A stretch of DNA of 61,428 nt, filler included, from Platydemus manokwari (Eukaryota), in assembly GCA_037951405.1 (NCBI GenBank). It is 4 parts of 4 records of this genome, joined end to end, with 100 filler letters (N's around TTAATTAATTAA, not from the genome) between each part and the next. Parts side by side here need not be neighbours in the genome. Positions count along the whole stretch, not along the records: positions 14,082 to 33,628 come from JBBMOY011866942.1; 3 more parts are not named here. One strand, given 5' to 3'. Position 1 is the stretch's first letter. Each line of letters opens with the position of its first letter. This document shows, piece after piece, positions 14,190-29,666 of the stretch. The position numbers and the translations under genes were made by a program. The notes below the pieces were generated by a model. It was not told the origin of the DNA, did not search any database, and was given only the letters and a program-made list of their open reading frames with translations.

Positions 14190-15430
14190 TGGATTCATTG
14201 AGATTAGTAGAGCCTGGAATTTCTGTTAAAAAGCAAGTAATATATTTATTTTGAAATCTAAAAAATAAATATTTCTACATAAGCATATTAAAAGAATTAA
14301 TTTTAACAAAGCTGATGCAATGTTAAATAATTCATTTCCAACAATTGATAAATTTTATTCAAGAAAAATGAGAAAAGGATTAAGTAAAAAAGAATGTCCA
14401 TAAGGATCAAGATTACATTGATTTAAAACTTAAAAAATTATACGAATCTATGATATATTATATAAAATTAGATGTTTTAATATCGGCAGGATAATTTTAA
14501 AAAATGTGAGATCTATGTTTAGAATATTCTCAAACTGATCTTTGTGATTGTTACATCTGAATTGTATCCGAAATTTGAATTGAAATTTAGTAAAATTAAA
14601 TTAAAATATTATAAAGAGAATATATCTATGATAAACTACTATTTTCGAAGCACCGATGGGTGATTTTGGTTTAGTAATGAATAAATTTAGAAATATTGAA
14701 ACAAATTTTCAAACAAATTATTTTTAGCAAATTAGGAATAAATAATTCATATCTCGAATAAACAATACAAAAACAACCTCATTTAATAATATGTATTTGC
14801 AAATTCATTATATACAAGTTGTATAATATCGCACAAATCTAGATTTAAACTATGAAAAAGTGAATTATTCAAAGATGTTTATAATAGGAAAGAGAAGTGT
14901 AAAATCCATAAGCAATTTGTATTCGAAGTTGATTTAGAATATCCCTTAAATATTCGCAAAAGATCAAAATATGTTTCTTTATCTGCAAATAAAAGAAAAA
15001 TAAATTATGACATGATGTTTCCTTATCAAAAAGAAACCAACCATTTTACCGAGATATTAAATTAACACAAGAAAATCAATATAAATATGTTATATTAGGA
15101 AATAATCTAGATTTCTTTATAAAATAGAGAATAATAACAAAAAGATATATAGAAAATTAATTATAAAAACTTAATATTGGTAGCATATATGTAGCATTTC
15201 ATCTAAAATAAGAAATATAATAAACACAAATAAAAATGAAATAATGATAGTGATTCAAGCTGCTTTCAAATGCGTTCGAAGGGAACACAAAAGAGAATCC
15301 GAGAGAGCTACAAAATATTAGAATTGTTAATAATGAAAAACTTTCAAACTCCAACGTCTATATTATCATTCAAACATTCAAAAATATTTACTGAAGATGT
15401 TAAAGCAGTGCTTTTAAATCAATGATAGAT
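14190..15430 (+). pseudogene. Polinton/Maverick-like family B DNA polymerase fossil
   Basis: Ordered motifs with stops and frameshifts: YIKLDVLISA..F....DLCLEY..TD (cf. YLKTDVLLLADVFENFR), ANSLY (cf. DANSLYG), EVDLEYP at ~14925, KYV....L, NAFEGNTKENPR....IRIV (cf. NAVFGKTMENVR). Confidence 0.75.
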
Positions 15431-15489
15431 TTGTTTCGATTGATCTTTGTTATTAATATCATGAATGTAAACCGCAACTATTTTATAAG

Positions 15490-15650
15490 ACTCACCGAAA
15501 ACGAATTGTAAAGTCACGACATCAAATTATAGTTAAATACATTAATTTAAACAAATTAATTTGATTTTATTCAAAAAATTTTTTATAATAAATCAAATTT
15601 TATATAAAATTTAATCTATAAAATTTTAATTCAATTTAAAATGCTCACAA
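15490..15650 (-). repeat. Family B repeat copy 2
   Basis: Reverse complement matches 39245-39401 (TGTGAG.ATTTTAAA.TGAATTAAA...TTTGTTTAAAT...TGTATTTAA...TGTC.TGACTTT.CAATTCG). Confidence 0.7.
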
Positions 15651-15858
15651 TTAATATTATATATATGACGTCAGAAATCAATTTTAAGATTCCTCAAGAA
15701 AACAATAAACACTTCAATTGTGAAATGATTAAATAAACTCAATAAATAATGAATAGAGGTAAAAAACAACCAAATGCCATGAAGTTATATTAATTCAAAT
15801 TACATTCAAGAATTGTCGACAAGTCAAATCAATAATAATAATCATAATGTTAACGCAT

Positions 15859-18800
15859 TCAACAACAATTGACAACCTCATAGAACGTATGAGGAATGCA
15901 AACGCTATCGCTGAACCAAGTCTTGATGACGAGTCGTTTGTTGTAAAGACATTTGCTACGGCGAACTTGAACGACCGAGCATCGTTTATTGCAAGGATAG
16001 AGATTCGTCGCCGTATATTTCCTGCAATATCCTTTCGTATTGGCCCAGAACGAAATGTTCACCACTCGAGATTTGTAATTACAAGCACTAATTTTCGTTT
16101 CGGTTGTCTCGCAGCAATTTTCGCACGAATAAAATTCTCTCTTTTCTTTGTTGACACAATTTCCATTCGGTAATTTCTGGACATATCTCGTCACAACCAC
16201 TCGTCGTCCTTTCTTGCATTTGCCAACGATTTTGATCGGCGTTTCGTCGCATATTTTACAGAATCCTTCATAGGAGATCTTTTTCACGAAAATACTGATG
16301 CCATGTTCTCTGATGTATTTGATTCGCAACACTTGATATCGGCCTTTGTTCGGTCCTTGTTGGACACAGATTTTGAAGGCTTCTTGAATTTCACATCGTC
16401 GACATCGACGATTGCAATGGTATGGGCAATTCCTTCTCACTGTCGGTTTCGAACAGTGGCCACGTTTGTATGCTCGTCGACAGATAGCATTTGGATATTT
16501 GTTGACACAATTGCACGGCGTTTCCACGACACGGTTGACGATGACACATCTTCGGCCTCTTCGAACGTGTTGGATGATTCTTAATTTTCTAGAGCATATC
16601 TTTTTGCCGGCATATATTTTACAACGACATCCAGTGAGATATTTATCAATCTTTACCGGTGGGCATTTTTCTAATAATGATAAAATAATAATAATTATTA
16701 TTATATTAATAACAATAATAATAAATAATCAATCTGATAGAGAACTCACCGCAGTAATTACATGTTTCCGCACATAGATATTTGCGATAAATGTTCCTTG
16801 TTCCACAATGGCCGGATTTTCGAATAATTTCGCATTGACTTTTTGGTAGAATGTCATGGCAAATACTTCCACATTTTGTGTTTGAATCGATTTGTGTTTC
16901 ACGAACACATTTGCAATTTCTGAGATTATAAACTGTCCATTTGACAATACGTTTTTTATTCACGCATCTACTCTGGAAATCATCATCGGGACATTTGACA
17001 TCGGTTCCAAATACTCTATTTATCGCTATACATTTACAGTTCGGTATTCTGGCTTTAGTACATACCAGTTTCTGAATTATTATCAATGTAATTTGATAAA
17101 TAATAAATATTTAATTTAATAACTTAAAACATGAATAATTTCTATAATACACTCAGTTTTTGCTTAACATCATAAAAATAATAAATTAAATTGATCCGTT
17201 TAAACAATTTTTTCATTAATATAAATGTATAATTTGATTTATGCATTATAACAATCAAAACTATTTATATTTAAAAAAATTCTTTATTGTAAAATTATAC
17301 CGAGATTAGTAGCACATTCATTTATTGTAATTAATATAAAACTGAAATAATAAAAAAATTACATGGAATTGAATGGTTTTTATTATTCGACCATCACCGA
17401 TACATTTTCGATGTGTTTCTTTCCTTCTTGGACATGAACAACGAACTCTGAAAACTTTTATTCTTTGAATACATCGGCATGAAACAAGAGAATAATAATG
17501 TAAAGTGTAAATTTTATAGGAATTGATACATGGCCCAACTCTAAGATATGATCCCTTGCATCGTATTTGGCGTCCCAATGTCATCTAAATGAAAATCTCA
17601 AATTTAATTATCTTTTCACTGGGCTGATTATTAATTATTAAACAACTATATTTTGCAAACAAAAAAAACATTTTTTAATATCAAAAATTATTTAATTCAA
17701 TAAATTACTTTCACTCTTCTTTCGCATTTATACCGATACTTTTTATCAGTAGACTTATTTTTCACATAATATATTGTGCGAATCATCGACTTGTTATTGA
17801 CACAAATCTCTTTAGTGGATCCTTTGGCACATCGACACAAAACATATTTCTGTCTCGATTGTCTGCAACATTTGCAACCAATTCTCGATACCCATGAGGT
17901 GAAGCAAAGTTTATATAAACCTTTTTGATGTCTCTTTCTGCAATTTCCACATCTGCGACTTATTGGTTTGTGACAAACTAAATATCAAGTATAGATGAAT
18001 AAAACTTAAATTATTAATAATTTCATGTCTAAATTAAGTGAATTGATTTTTATGAAATTTGAGTGGTGAAATTATAATAAAATTTTATTATCTTTCTATT
18101 ATAATAATCTAATAGGTAAATAATATTCAAAATATATTAATTTTTTCAATTTTATTCAGCTTAATAAAATTTTAAACATTAAATAAATAAATAAATATCA
18201 ATTCATACCAATTCTTTGATCAGTATATCTGATATATTTGTGGCATTTATTTAGTTTTTCGTCTAATTGGTAAGTTATTGTAGATCTTCGAATGATTCCT
18301 TTCTTTTTTAAACATCTCACCTTAACACTGTTACGTGGACAACCTGAAAATATTATCATAAAAAACTTAAAAAATAGAAAAATTAGTTTAAGAAAATCTG
18401 ATTCAGAGTACAACTCATAAGTCACTACATCAAGAAACATTATTTTGTTTTAATATTTTTATTCCAAGGGTCGTTTATTTTTCTCTGCATATACATCTAT
18501 ATTCATTGGAATGATCGTATTACATTGATTTACCTAATTTTCACCAATAATATATATGTGTATGTGTGTGTGTGTTTGGGTGCTTGAGTGTGTGCATATC
18601 ATAACTATAAAAGCCACCACCTACCGAAAACCATTAATAGTTAAATTTAATAATATAACAAAATCATAATTAATTAAAACTTACAGCAAATTATTTCTTT
18701 AACGGATACCTTTGGTATGCATTTACAATTCTTCAATTGATAAGAATATATTCTGTCGATTCTAGTCCGAGTTTTATAATTACAAATACCTCGTCTGGTA

Positions 18801-21800
18801 CGTGGTTTACGGCATCGAATTATATGAACTCGGCGATTAGTAAATCTTCTGCATTTTCCATGAGAAAATACGAATCTGTGATTCAATACCACAGAAGTAT
18901 TTCTAATACATTTGTATTCAAAGTAATCTTTCTTCACACAACAGCATTTTCCCAGTAGACTAACTCTTCTCGTTTGACAACGACATTTAACCAAACGTTT
19001 AGTGATGGTATGACTAGAAATTTCACATGTTCTCTTGTTACATTTGCCCTGAAATTAAAATAGTTAACGTAGGATTTCGTGATCTGATAAATCATACCAT
19101 GATTACAGCGCGTCTTGGTCGACAGGGTGGAGTCACATCAGATTTGTATTCAACGATGTTACAAGTTTTATGGAGTTGATTGAAATAGTATTTCTTGGTC
19201 TTTCTTATCAGTCGATTATTGAAACAAATTGTGATTGGTTTTGGATTCTTTGGACAACAACATTTCTCTCGTCTTGATTTTCTTTCATCTTCACAAGTTG
19301 TCTTCCCGTTTCTAAAATACGAAAATATGTTTGAATCCGATATTAAAGTAATTTATTTTATGCTAAAAATGTCTTTTTTATCAAGAATAATATTTCAAAT
19401 TTTACCTCAAAACAACTAAATGTGATCTGGTGATTGTAATATACCTGATGCATGTTCTTCTGTTACATGCACCTTTACTAATTTGCCTTGGTTTGCAACC
19501 TGAAATAATTAATAATATATGGGAAGCATTTGAATGAAACATGAATGAATTATTTAATAGATCTTAACCAATTTTAAATACCTATCACGGTTTTACGTTT
19601 TTATTTTAGAATAACAACAAAGCTCTTATGATTTTCCTATGGTTACTAGGTACCGATATGAATCTGAAGATCTGATATATTGTTAGAAGTGTTATTTTAT
19701 GTTCACAGAAATGTAAAGGAATTATAAAAAAATAATAAAAAAATGGATCAATAAATTGAATGAAAATGCCACTTATTTGTTCGGAAAAATCTTTAAAAAA
19801 CCCATAAGTAGGAATTTATTAAAATTTGAAGTGTTCAAAAGAGCAAATAACGCTTAAGGAAAAGGCTTGAATGAAGGACATTTCATCTCATTTCTCTCCT
19901 ATTTCTGTTAATAATTTGTAAAATAATAAAAATAAATTTCACTTACGACAAGGATATCTTTTCTTGACTTGTGTATTAACGCATTTGCAATTCCCTTTGT
20001 GTGATATGACACATTTAAATTGTTGAGTCAATGATCGTTTGTTACAAGGCGTCAATTTGAAACAATTTACCATCAAAGGACAATAAACTTCTTGAATACG
20101 AATTGTTTCTAGCTTACTAAACCAACCATCAGATCTTATTACAAATCGTATGGTGATAATTTCGATTCTGTTTGTTAGTTTATTGCATCTTTGTCTTACC
20201 ACTGGTGGGATATAGCATGTTCGACAAGGTCTCGTTACAATTCTACGCCTAAAACGGCACTTACAATTCACAGATTCGTGATATTCATAAACATCATCCC
20301 TGACACATCTTCGATTTCCATTTATTTTCTTGCAATTTCCACGAATTACTCGTCTTCTTGAACATCTTACATTGATTACATTTTCCGATTTGACGAATCT
20401 TCGGCATTGACAATTTATAATTCTATATACAAAATTTACGTTGTGAATTCTTTCTTTTATACAGGTTGATGATACCCTTGGACCATAACATGCACAAGCA
20501 CAACGTCGAATCTTTGTAACTTGTCTACAGTGACATTTATCATGAACGAATTTCGAATAGATCAAGTCCTTAATTCCATAAGATAAATACGGTCTACAGC
20601 TAGATTGTCCAGTTAGACGCCAATGACTATGACAGACAATTCGTTTCCTTTTTGTGATTGAAGTACGGATGCATTGATGATTTCTTAAAACCGTGAATGA
20701 ATTTAGAGTGACTATTTCATGTCTCTTTGCATCACAAGACTTTCTTACTTTTAACTTGCGTTTGCAAGCGCAAACATACACACGGACATCCTTATTAGGA
20801 ATATATTTACAATGTCCATTGAGATAATAAGTAATTTTCGTGCGAGTTCTTGTCGAATAGTCTTTGCCTCTAACGAGTGTACAGGGTGAAACATTCAAAA
20901 TTATTTTTGGAGGTCGAATATATATTCTTACACAACGAGTCCTCCTCACACATTTGCACATCGAAAGATGGTATGTAATGAATGTTTTCAAAATGAATCG
21001 TCCTGCGCGATTACAAGATATTTTCGTTTGACTTCCTCTACATTTGCAACGGCAAGGGATTGGGTTTACACTCCATGGCACACACTTACAATTTCTTAAT
21101 ATATCTCGATAATATCGAATGATTCGATAGCCGTTGGACCCACATCGAGTTGTCCTTTTATCAACTTTTGATGAGCACTTCGGAACCATATAGGTCCTTG
21201 TTACTTGTTTTTTGCATCGATGATAATAGAGTTTGTATGCAACCTTTTTCGTTACAATACGATTATGTACACATAAACGATGGTAACGTGTTTTAGGGCA
21301 ACAACATCTCACAGATCTCTTTGTAATGACATTTACACAATGTCTATTTCGAAGTTCTTGATGACGATATATATCTATTCTTATGCATGAAGGATGACTA
21401 CTGCATTGACCTTGTTTTATTAATACTGGTGTTTTCTTACATTTACAGTCAAATTTTCGAACAAATCTTACCATGATACATTTGCATTGCCTAACATGGT
21501 ATCTTATAGTTACTTCTGTTTCTCTTCCAGTGATAACATTGCAAGTCCTTCGAACTTTATTTTCTGGACAAATTACGCTTTGTATTTTTAAAACTTTACT
21601 GTATCTTACACATTTATTTCGTTTATAATCGAGTAAAAATCCTCTTATTTCTGTCACTTTTCTATTACGTTGACATCTTTCATATCGAGTGACTTTTGGT
21701 GAACATGAACAGATTATCGATCTTTTTGTTTCGACAACTTCGCATTTGCAAGAATGATATCTCCTTCTTAACCTTCTGGTTATTATCACTCGAAAACTGA

Positions 21801-24800
21801 AATGTTTATGGGGAATACATTTTCCTATTGTTTGAGGAATAAACCTGGGACATTCTGAAGAGTTTAGATGAAAATGAAATAAAAGGTCACAATAATAATA
21901 ATAACAGTACTTGGTCTGATTAATTTTAGAGATTTTCTTGAAAAACATCGACAGTTCTTCCTGAAATGTGTCCAAGTTATTTCGTGAATAAAATACTTTC
22001 CTCCACATCTTCGATATTTGGAATTTTTTCGACATCTACAATCACATGTTTTACGCTCGACTTGTGGACAGCAAATGCAATTGCGAAGATAAAATCTTGT
22101 TATTGTTTTAAGGTATTTATTGCGCCTGCATCTAGATTTTCGTATTATCGGACGCTTGGAACAAGAAACGGGATATATTTTTCTGTCAGCTCTTCGACGA
22201 CAAAGACCTTTGATGACAACATAACTGTAAGTCGTGACAATTATATTTGATCCAACACATTTTCTCACACTATGGCTGCGTCGACATCCTGAAAGATTTA
22301 GATAAATAATCGATAGAAATTTTTATTTTAATTTTTGATTAATAATAAAATTATATTTTTCGGTATTATTATAATGTTCGTGCTATAATTTTTGCATATA
22401 CAAAAATTTGAAATTTTTATTAAAAAACAATGACTGTTTTGTTTTATTAAATCGATAAAAATACTCACTGCAATCTTTTAGTTCTTTTCTGATAATTCTG
22501 CGATAACACTGACAATTCTTCACATAATATCTCACATATGTATACCGATTGACACTCACACCATAACCACGAGATAACATAAAACATTTACTCACTTCGA
22601 CCTTGATTCTATTGCATTCCAATATTGGTCTTGAAACGATAGATATTTTCCATGTTACATGATTTCCTCTGCAAATAGCGACTCGGGTTTCGACCACAAC
22701 GATGCGATTATCTTTACAATATGCCCTTCTTTTGTTTGCAAATGCTACTCCACAAATGCATATCTTGGATTTGGTAAACCTTTTGCGCATACATTTACAA
22801 TTTTTAGGATATCTGGTTTCGAAAATAATTTTTCCCCATCCAGTTTTTCTGTCACAGGTTTCACCAATTTTGGTTGTTGTGATTTTGGCACAACGACGCA
22901 TCAGATGGATTCTTTCTCTTTTGATTTTATGGCATGCGTAATATTTGAGTAGAAATGAATATGTGGTTATTTTGAATGAGTTGTCCATGTAGCATTTCTT
23001 GGTGGTATACGGTTTGCGACATCTACAGATTTTATATTGTTCTTTCGTGACTTTAGCTTGGCAACGATTCACGTGCTTATTGAATACCAATTTATAATAT
23101 CGAATCCTTATGAAATATTCTTTGTGTTTATCGCATTTTCCTCGTTTCGTCCAAATAAATGAGCCACCACAGCATTGACGATATTCTTTTACTTTAACTT
23201 TGGAACATCGACAACCTATTCTTCTGTAGCAGAACATTTTCACAGTGGACGTTCGACGGACACATCGACTTTCAATCTTTTCACATCGCCATCTCTGGCA
23301 TTTTACTGGTTGCGAAGTTATTCTACGGACTTTGATGCATACATTATCTTTCGAAAGAACAAATCGAACATGGATGAAAATTTTTAATCCCCGTTTAGCT
23401 TGGCATTTGGAAATAGTGTAAGGCTTCTTGTGAAGACAACCTAGTTCAAAATAAATATCAGTCAAATGAAAAATAATTCCTATGGAAACTAACAGTTCTC
23501 CTTATATTCAACACGTTGGACGACAAAACGACATCGGCAGTGTCGTTTGTAACTGGAGAAGTATTCAACTTTGTATGTACATCTACCAGTTTGGGTTCGT
23601 CTTGGTGGTTTAGTATGACATACCACGTTCAACTTATTGATTTTAGTAACTGGATAACATCTGAAATCTCGTAATTGATAATATGTTATCGTGATAACAC
23701 GGGTTCCATGGTGGACGCATTGTCTGGTGATTATGGCCTTTTGACAACATTCTTAAAAAATTAATTTCGTGTTCACAACAATGAATGAAAAAATATTCTT
23801 ATAATTCAAACAATATTCACGATACTAACAGATAAATTTTGGGATCTGATAAATGTAAAAGCTTATGCTATTAAAAATTAACCCATGGTAATTAAATTAA
23901 AAATATAGTCTATTATGTTAGAGATATTTGATTGGCTAATATCTTGAATTAATATTCTAAATGAATATTGGTCTAGTAAATTTTATTCCTATTTTCATTA
24001 TAATTATTGATTTATTAATCACAACTTACTGTAATTTAGTATTTCCTTTCTAATGAGTCGATCTACACATTTACAATTCTTCACTGTTTTTCCATAATAA
24101 GATCTTTCAAATTTGCAGTCATTGATTTTCCTGTCTTCAATTCTAATGGACATGATGCACATAATTCCATCGTATGACACAATTGGTTGCAGAGGAACAC
24201 ATCTACCATTAATCAATCGATAACAATATTTTGTAATTTTTATTCTATTGTTCACACATTCTCGACGGTCTGGTCGTCTTGGTACAACAAAGTATCGGAA
24301 ACGTCTTATGCATCTACAATTCACGAGATTGTAGGTCGTGACACGATATCTTATAAATTTGCCATTACAACCGCCGATCACTTGTCTTTTTGGTTTGGGA
24401 CATGCTGAATAATATTATGATAGAATAAAATCAATAATTATTATTAGGAAAAAATTGCGTTGCTAAAAAATTAAAAAGTCTTTCGTTACAATTGTTTTTA
24501 TTACAAAAATAAAATCCAATCTAACTTATTAATCTTCTTCTTATCGATGATCGAGGATAGCATTTCAAATTTCTATTAGAATAACATGTTGTCTTATATA
24601 CGTAATGATGATTGATACATTTGGTGCTGTATCGACATGGTCGACAACATATATTGATTTTGACAGCTTTATTAGCCATCCTACATCCGCATCGCTTCGA
24701 ATCATATTCAAGTCTTCGATAATATTTCACGGTGAATTCACCAGGTTTTTTGCAGTATTTTGTTCTAAATAAAATCCATTTGGTCTTTTTGTAGCATGGC

Positions 24801-27800
24801 ACTGATTCAATTCGCTTTTTGATTGTTGGTGTGCAAGGTGGCTTCGAATATAAACTGTACAACACGGTCTATTTATATAAAATGTATTAAATATTAATAA
24901 TTATAATAATTGTGAGAATTTAAAATTTAAAATTTAGAAGATTTTATATATTCATATCAAAGAATATTAATTTGTTTAAATGATTGTGTCGTGAATTTTC
25001 CAGTCGTTTTCAGTTAAATAGAAGCTTTATTAAATAGAGCGGCTTACCATAATAATAATGATAATAATAATAATATTAATAATAATAACCGTATATATTC
25101 TTTTCCCGTATTGACATGAACTGGAAAATTTCGGTTTCTGACAACGGCAAATCCTTTTGAATCTTTTCACAAATTTTTTGCAAGTATTGTCTCTAAATTT
25201 TCGCCAATATGTGATTGTAATATCCTGATATGAGTTTTCATTTTTACTCTGAGGTGGGCATTTTGATCGGACAATTATCTTTTTTGGGCACGGTTCTACA
25301 AATATTATACAGCTCTTATGAAGACCGTTTGTTCAACGATATCTATAACACTTACTACATGAAGTTCGAGTTGTTCTCACTCTCTTCCTGCACTTACAAC
25401 GTTCAACGGTATAATAGTAGTGGCTGATCGTTAAAGCATTCGTCTTTGGATTGCAAATTACCGTTTTGTAACCAGAACGACATCCGATATATCTGACCCA
25501 ATGCTTTTTCACCAGTCTACATGATGTCATCCTTATGTTGATGCGAGTATAGGGAAACAGATTTATTTGCAGTGTTATTTGACGATATTGTTTTTGAACA
25601 TATAACTGAACCCAAAAGTTGATTCAAAGAAAAGTTTTAAAAAAATATTTTTACCCAATGATTATTTTTACATATTTTTTCAACAGTAACCTTTCGACAA
25701 CATCTGGGATTTCTTTTGACAATGACACCTTTGGTACACTTACAATGTCTTATAACGTAAAAGGTTAACGTGTATTGTGTAGAACATTTGTTTTCTCGCC
25801 TAGATACGTGAGGATTGTCACATACTGTGATAAGAAAAAGGATTTTTAATATCACCAGAAGAAATCACATTACTTACCTATTCTTCGTCTATGCAACGTT
25901 TTCCTGGGTACACACCTATTGTTGATTCGAACGTAGTTGATTTGCTCAGTGTAACTTGTATTGCGAATACATTTATAATATGTCTTTCCATCTCTACAAT
26001 ACTTCAATTCCCATTTTCTATCCACACGTTTACAACAACGACATTTATCATAGACGTAGTATGTTTTAACACAGAATCGATAGAATCCATGACCTCTTTT
26101 GATCAATTTCGTTGAGCATCTGTACGATGGTTTGGGGCATTTTTCCATTATTGGAGTTTCATATCGAGAAACTTCGCATTTTTTCATTCCCGGTTTGAAT
26201 TTGAAACATACAGTTTTCTTCACATTTCTAATGCATTCTTGTTGACAATAATTCAACTTAGAACAGTCGCAAGGACTCCTGAATGATGTCCGTGAATTTT
26301 TCTGACATCGACAATGGAATTTTGTCCAGGAATGTGTCGTCACTAATAATCTATGTCTTATGCATCTTTTTTCACTGAAACGTTTATTGCAAACTATAAA
26401 ACAATGAATACCAGATCAGTTGGAATCAGGAGAATTTAAAACTATAACTCACCAACTCGTTTTTCTCTCACACTTACACGTCTAACACATCGATAAATAG
26501 GAATGTAATTCATGAATGACTGTCGCTCATAACTGGTGATTATTGTTTGGTAAATCGAATGACGAACACAAATTCTCCTTTTTCTTCTGGCAGGACAGTC
26601 TGGAGAAATATATTTCTTTAACTCAATGCAATGAAAAACATCTCACGGCAATCCTCAACGAGCGATTTGGCCACAAACCAACGACAAACACCATTCACTC
26701 GTTTATATCTAAGTATCTCGACGATTCTCTTTGGTAATCTTCCACATGGTTTTCTTCGAATACGATCTTTTTGTCGACATTGACACGGTAAGACATATCT
26801 TTCCACTCGAAGAATGCATTTACAATTCACCACAACGAAAGAGAATCGTTTAACAGATATTTGACCAGTGATATAATTGCATTTGCTACGAATTTCATGG
26901 CTGGGTCGACATCCTAAATTAAATATCTCAACTGGAGTTTTCCAAATTTTATCAAGAATTTTTCTTAATTAATTGTCAGATAAAGAATTATAAAAATTTA
27001 ATAAATCGATTCTTTAAATTGATTTAACAGCTAATTCTAATTCTACAAAAATCACCTATTTAAGTTGCAAAATTTGGAATGACTTTCCGAATTTTCATTT
27101 TAAAATTTTACAATTTGTTCTTATAATTTATCTTATTATACTATCATTTTACATTATCATTTCTAAATATATAAATAAAATTGCAATGTTCTGGTTTTGA
27201 AAATTAATAAAATCGGGTATTTTCTATGTGTATAATCAAAATGATTCGGATATTATCAATATTTTAAATTGATTCTCTGTCATATAATATCTAATTGGGT
27301 TTTTGCGTATTTCTTAAAAGAAATATTGGCTTAATTTAAGAGAAAGGGTCTTTAAACCTACTTTCGTTATAATGAATTTTCGCGGAAGAGATAGTTTTAT
27401 AACGCAATTTAACAAATAACTCCTATATTTGATTTATTCGTTTAATTCAGTTAATATTTTACTTTTTATGATATCTAATAGGGACAAAACACAGTTTTAA
27501 AACCAAGTTCCCATTCTAATCACAATACTTCTGTGTTTATTTGAGTTTTTAAATTTAAATTTTTATAATTACAGTTAATTACAGACATGTTTAAAAATAT
27601 CATTGGTTATTTTTATAAAATAATTGTAAAAATTGAGAATATCTCTCAATTTCATTCTAATATTTAAAAAAGGGGTCCTCAATAATTTTCAATAAATTGC
27701 AATTCGACCCCCTTTTTATTTGTTCAAATAATCAAATTTTAAGAGATTTTTAGGATCTAATGTATTTAATATTTGATTTCAAACGACTAAAATTTTTCTT

Positions 27801-29635
27801 AAATACTTAAATTAAAAAAATTAAAATACTTTAAAGAATATAATTAAATAAACTATATAGATTTTGCAAAACACTCAAAAAATTTAAAATTTCATTTTAG
27901 GACCATTTTTTTAACTTTGGCCGAAATATTTTTGTTTATTGCGTTATATTTACAGAAAATATAATGAAATAAATTAACTTCTACAACAAATGTAAATATA
28001 AAATTTACACAACATTTTATATTTTTTGATGTATCGATTTATAAACATATAATTAAATAATTTTCATCACTCAAAAACCTTACTTATCACTGCATATCTG
28101 AACTTAACGAATGCAACACAACGCCATCGTTCGGAATTGAATCTGTAAGTCGTTACAATTGTTTTCAATCTAAATCCCTCGCATACAACTCGTTTTGTTG
28201 GTCGTGGACATTTGCAAGTTTTCCTTAACCTTATCGTTCTTGAAACACATTTGCAGTCGTTAATCACAAAGAATCGTTTAATAATCCAATATATTCCTTT
28301 ATGGCATCTGGTTCTTCTGATCCGGATACTATTTTTGCAAACTGGAAAGTGATTCAATCAAATTGTAATTCAATATCAAATCTTTTAACTTTAACATCAA
28401 TTATTTTTTGTTAAAATAAGTTGTATTGGGGATTGAATGAAACATGCCGACAACCTATTTTTCATACGCTAATTAAAAAAACTAAAATAATAATTAAAAT
28501 TAAAATACAAATCGTGCATTTATTGAACTGAGATTTTGAGCAATTACAGAAACAGATTAAAAAAATCATATTTGAATAATAAAATTATGATAAAATTTTA
28601 TTGGCAGACTTAGATAGAAATATACCATATATATATTTATTGTAAATCTAAAATTTTGTCCTTTCCCCAGTGGTTTTAATAAAATATTATGAATAAAGGT
28701 CATGAATATAGTAATGTCTAAGGTTCATTTTAATCTTAACAATAATATTAACAAAAAGCATAATTATAAAATATAAACAATTCTTAATGTCACTCACCAA
28801 CAGCAATGAAATTAGTTTGAACTACACGTACACATCGTTTTCTATCATGAGCGACTACGTATGTGATAGTCACTATACGAATTTTGTTTTTGTTGATACA
28901 TTGAACTATTCTTTGGGGTTTCTTGTCACAACATCTATACCGTGTCCTTATCCGTTTCACGGATTTGCATTGGCAATTTTTAACAAAATGCCGTTCTGAG
29001 TGTACTTTATAAACACATTTACTAATGTTCTCTATACGAGATGTGCTTTGTGATCGACAAGGCACTTCTTCTCGCCAGTATCTTACTGAAGGGACGCACT
29101 TCGTCTTTTCATAATTCATTTGACTGCTAGTCTCTTTCACGTAATAATAATTTCCTCGGCATATTCGTTGAATAAGCTTTCGTCTAGAACAACGACAAAG
29201 TTTCCAAATGATTTTGGTTGTACGTCTACATTTACAAGTACTGCGGTGATGTCTCCACGTTGTTTGGATTATTTTCTTGAAATATTTTCTGTCTTTGTCA
29301 CATTGGCCAATTTTAAAATTGACTTTCTTGCATTTCACGTGGATACGTGTTTTCCTAGATTTTTGGATGCACATACGCCGTCTTGAATCGAAACTAAACC
29401 ATTTGACAATGCGATAGAATACTCCAGTATATCGATCACAAAATGAACTTCTTATAGGAGGATTCAAACAACAGCATTTATATGTACATGTTTTGACTCC
29501 TGTTCGACACTTTTCATCACGAAAGAATAAATGTTGTTTCATGAGACAAGTTCTTCGGTCACATTTTTCTTTGTCTTCACGAATTATTGTATATTTACAA
29601 GGGCATTGCTGAAAGAAACATTAAAATAGTATTAA

Positions 29636-29666
<31 letters not shown>

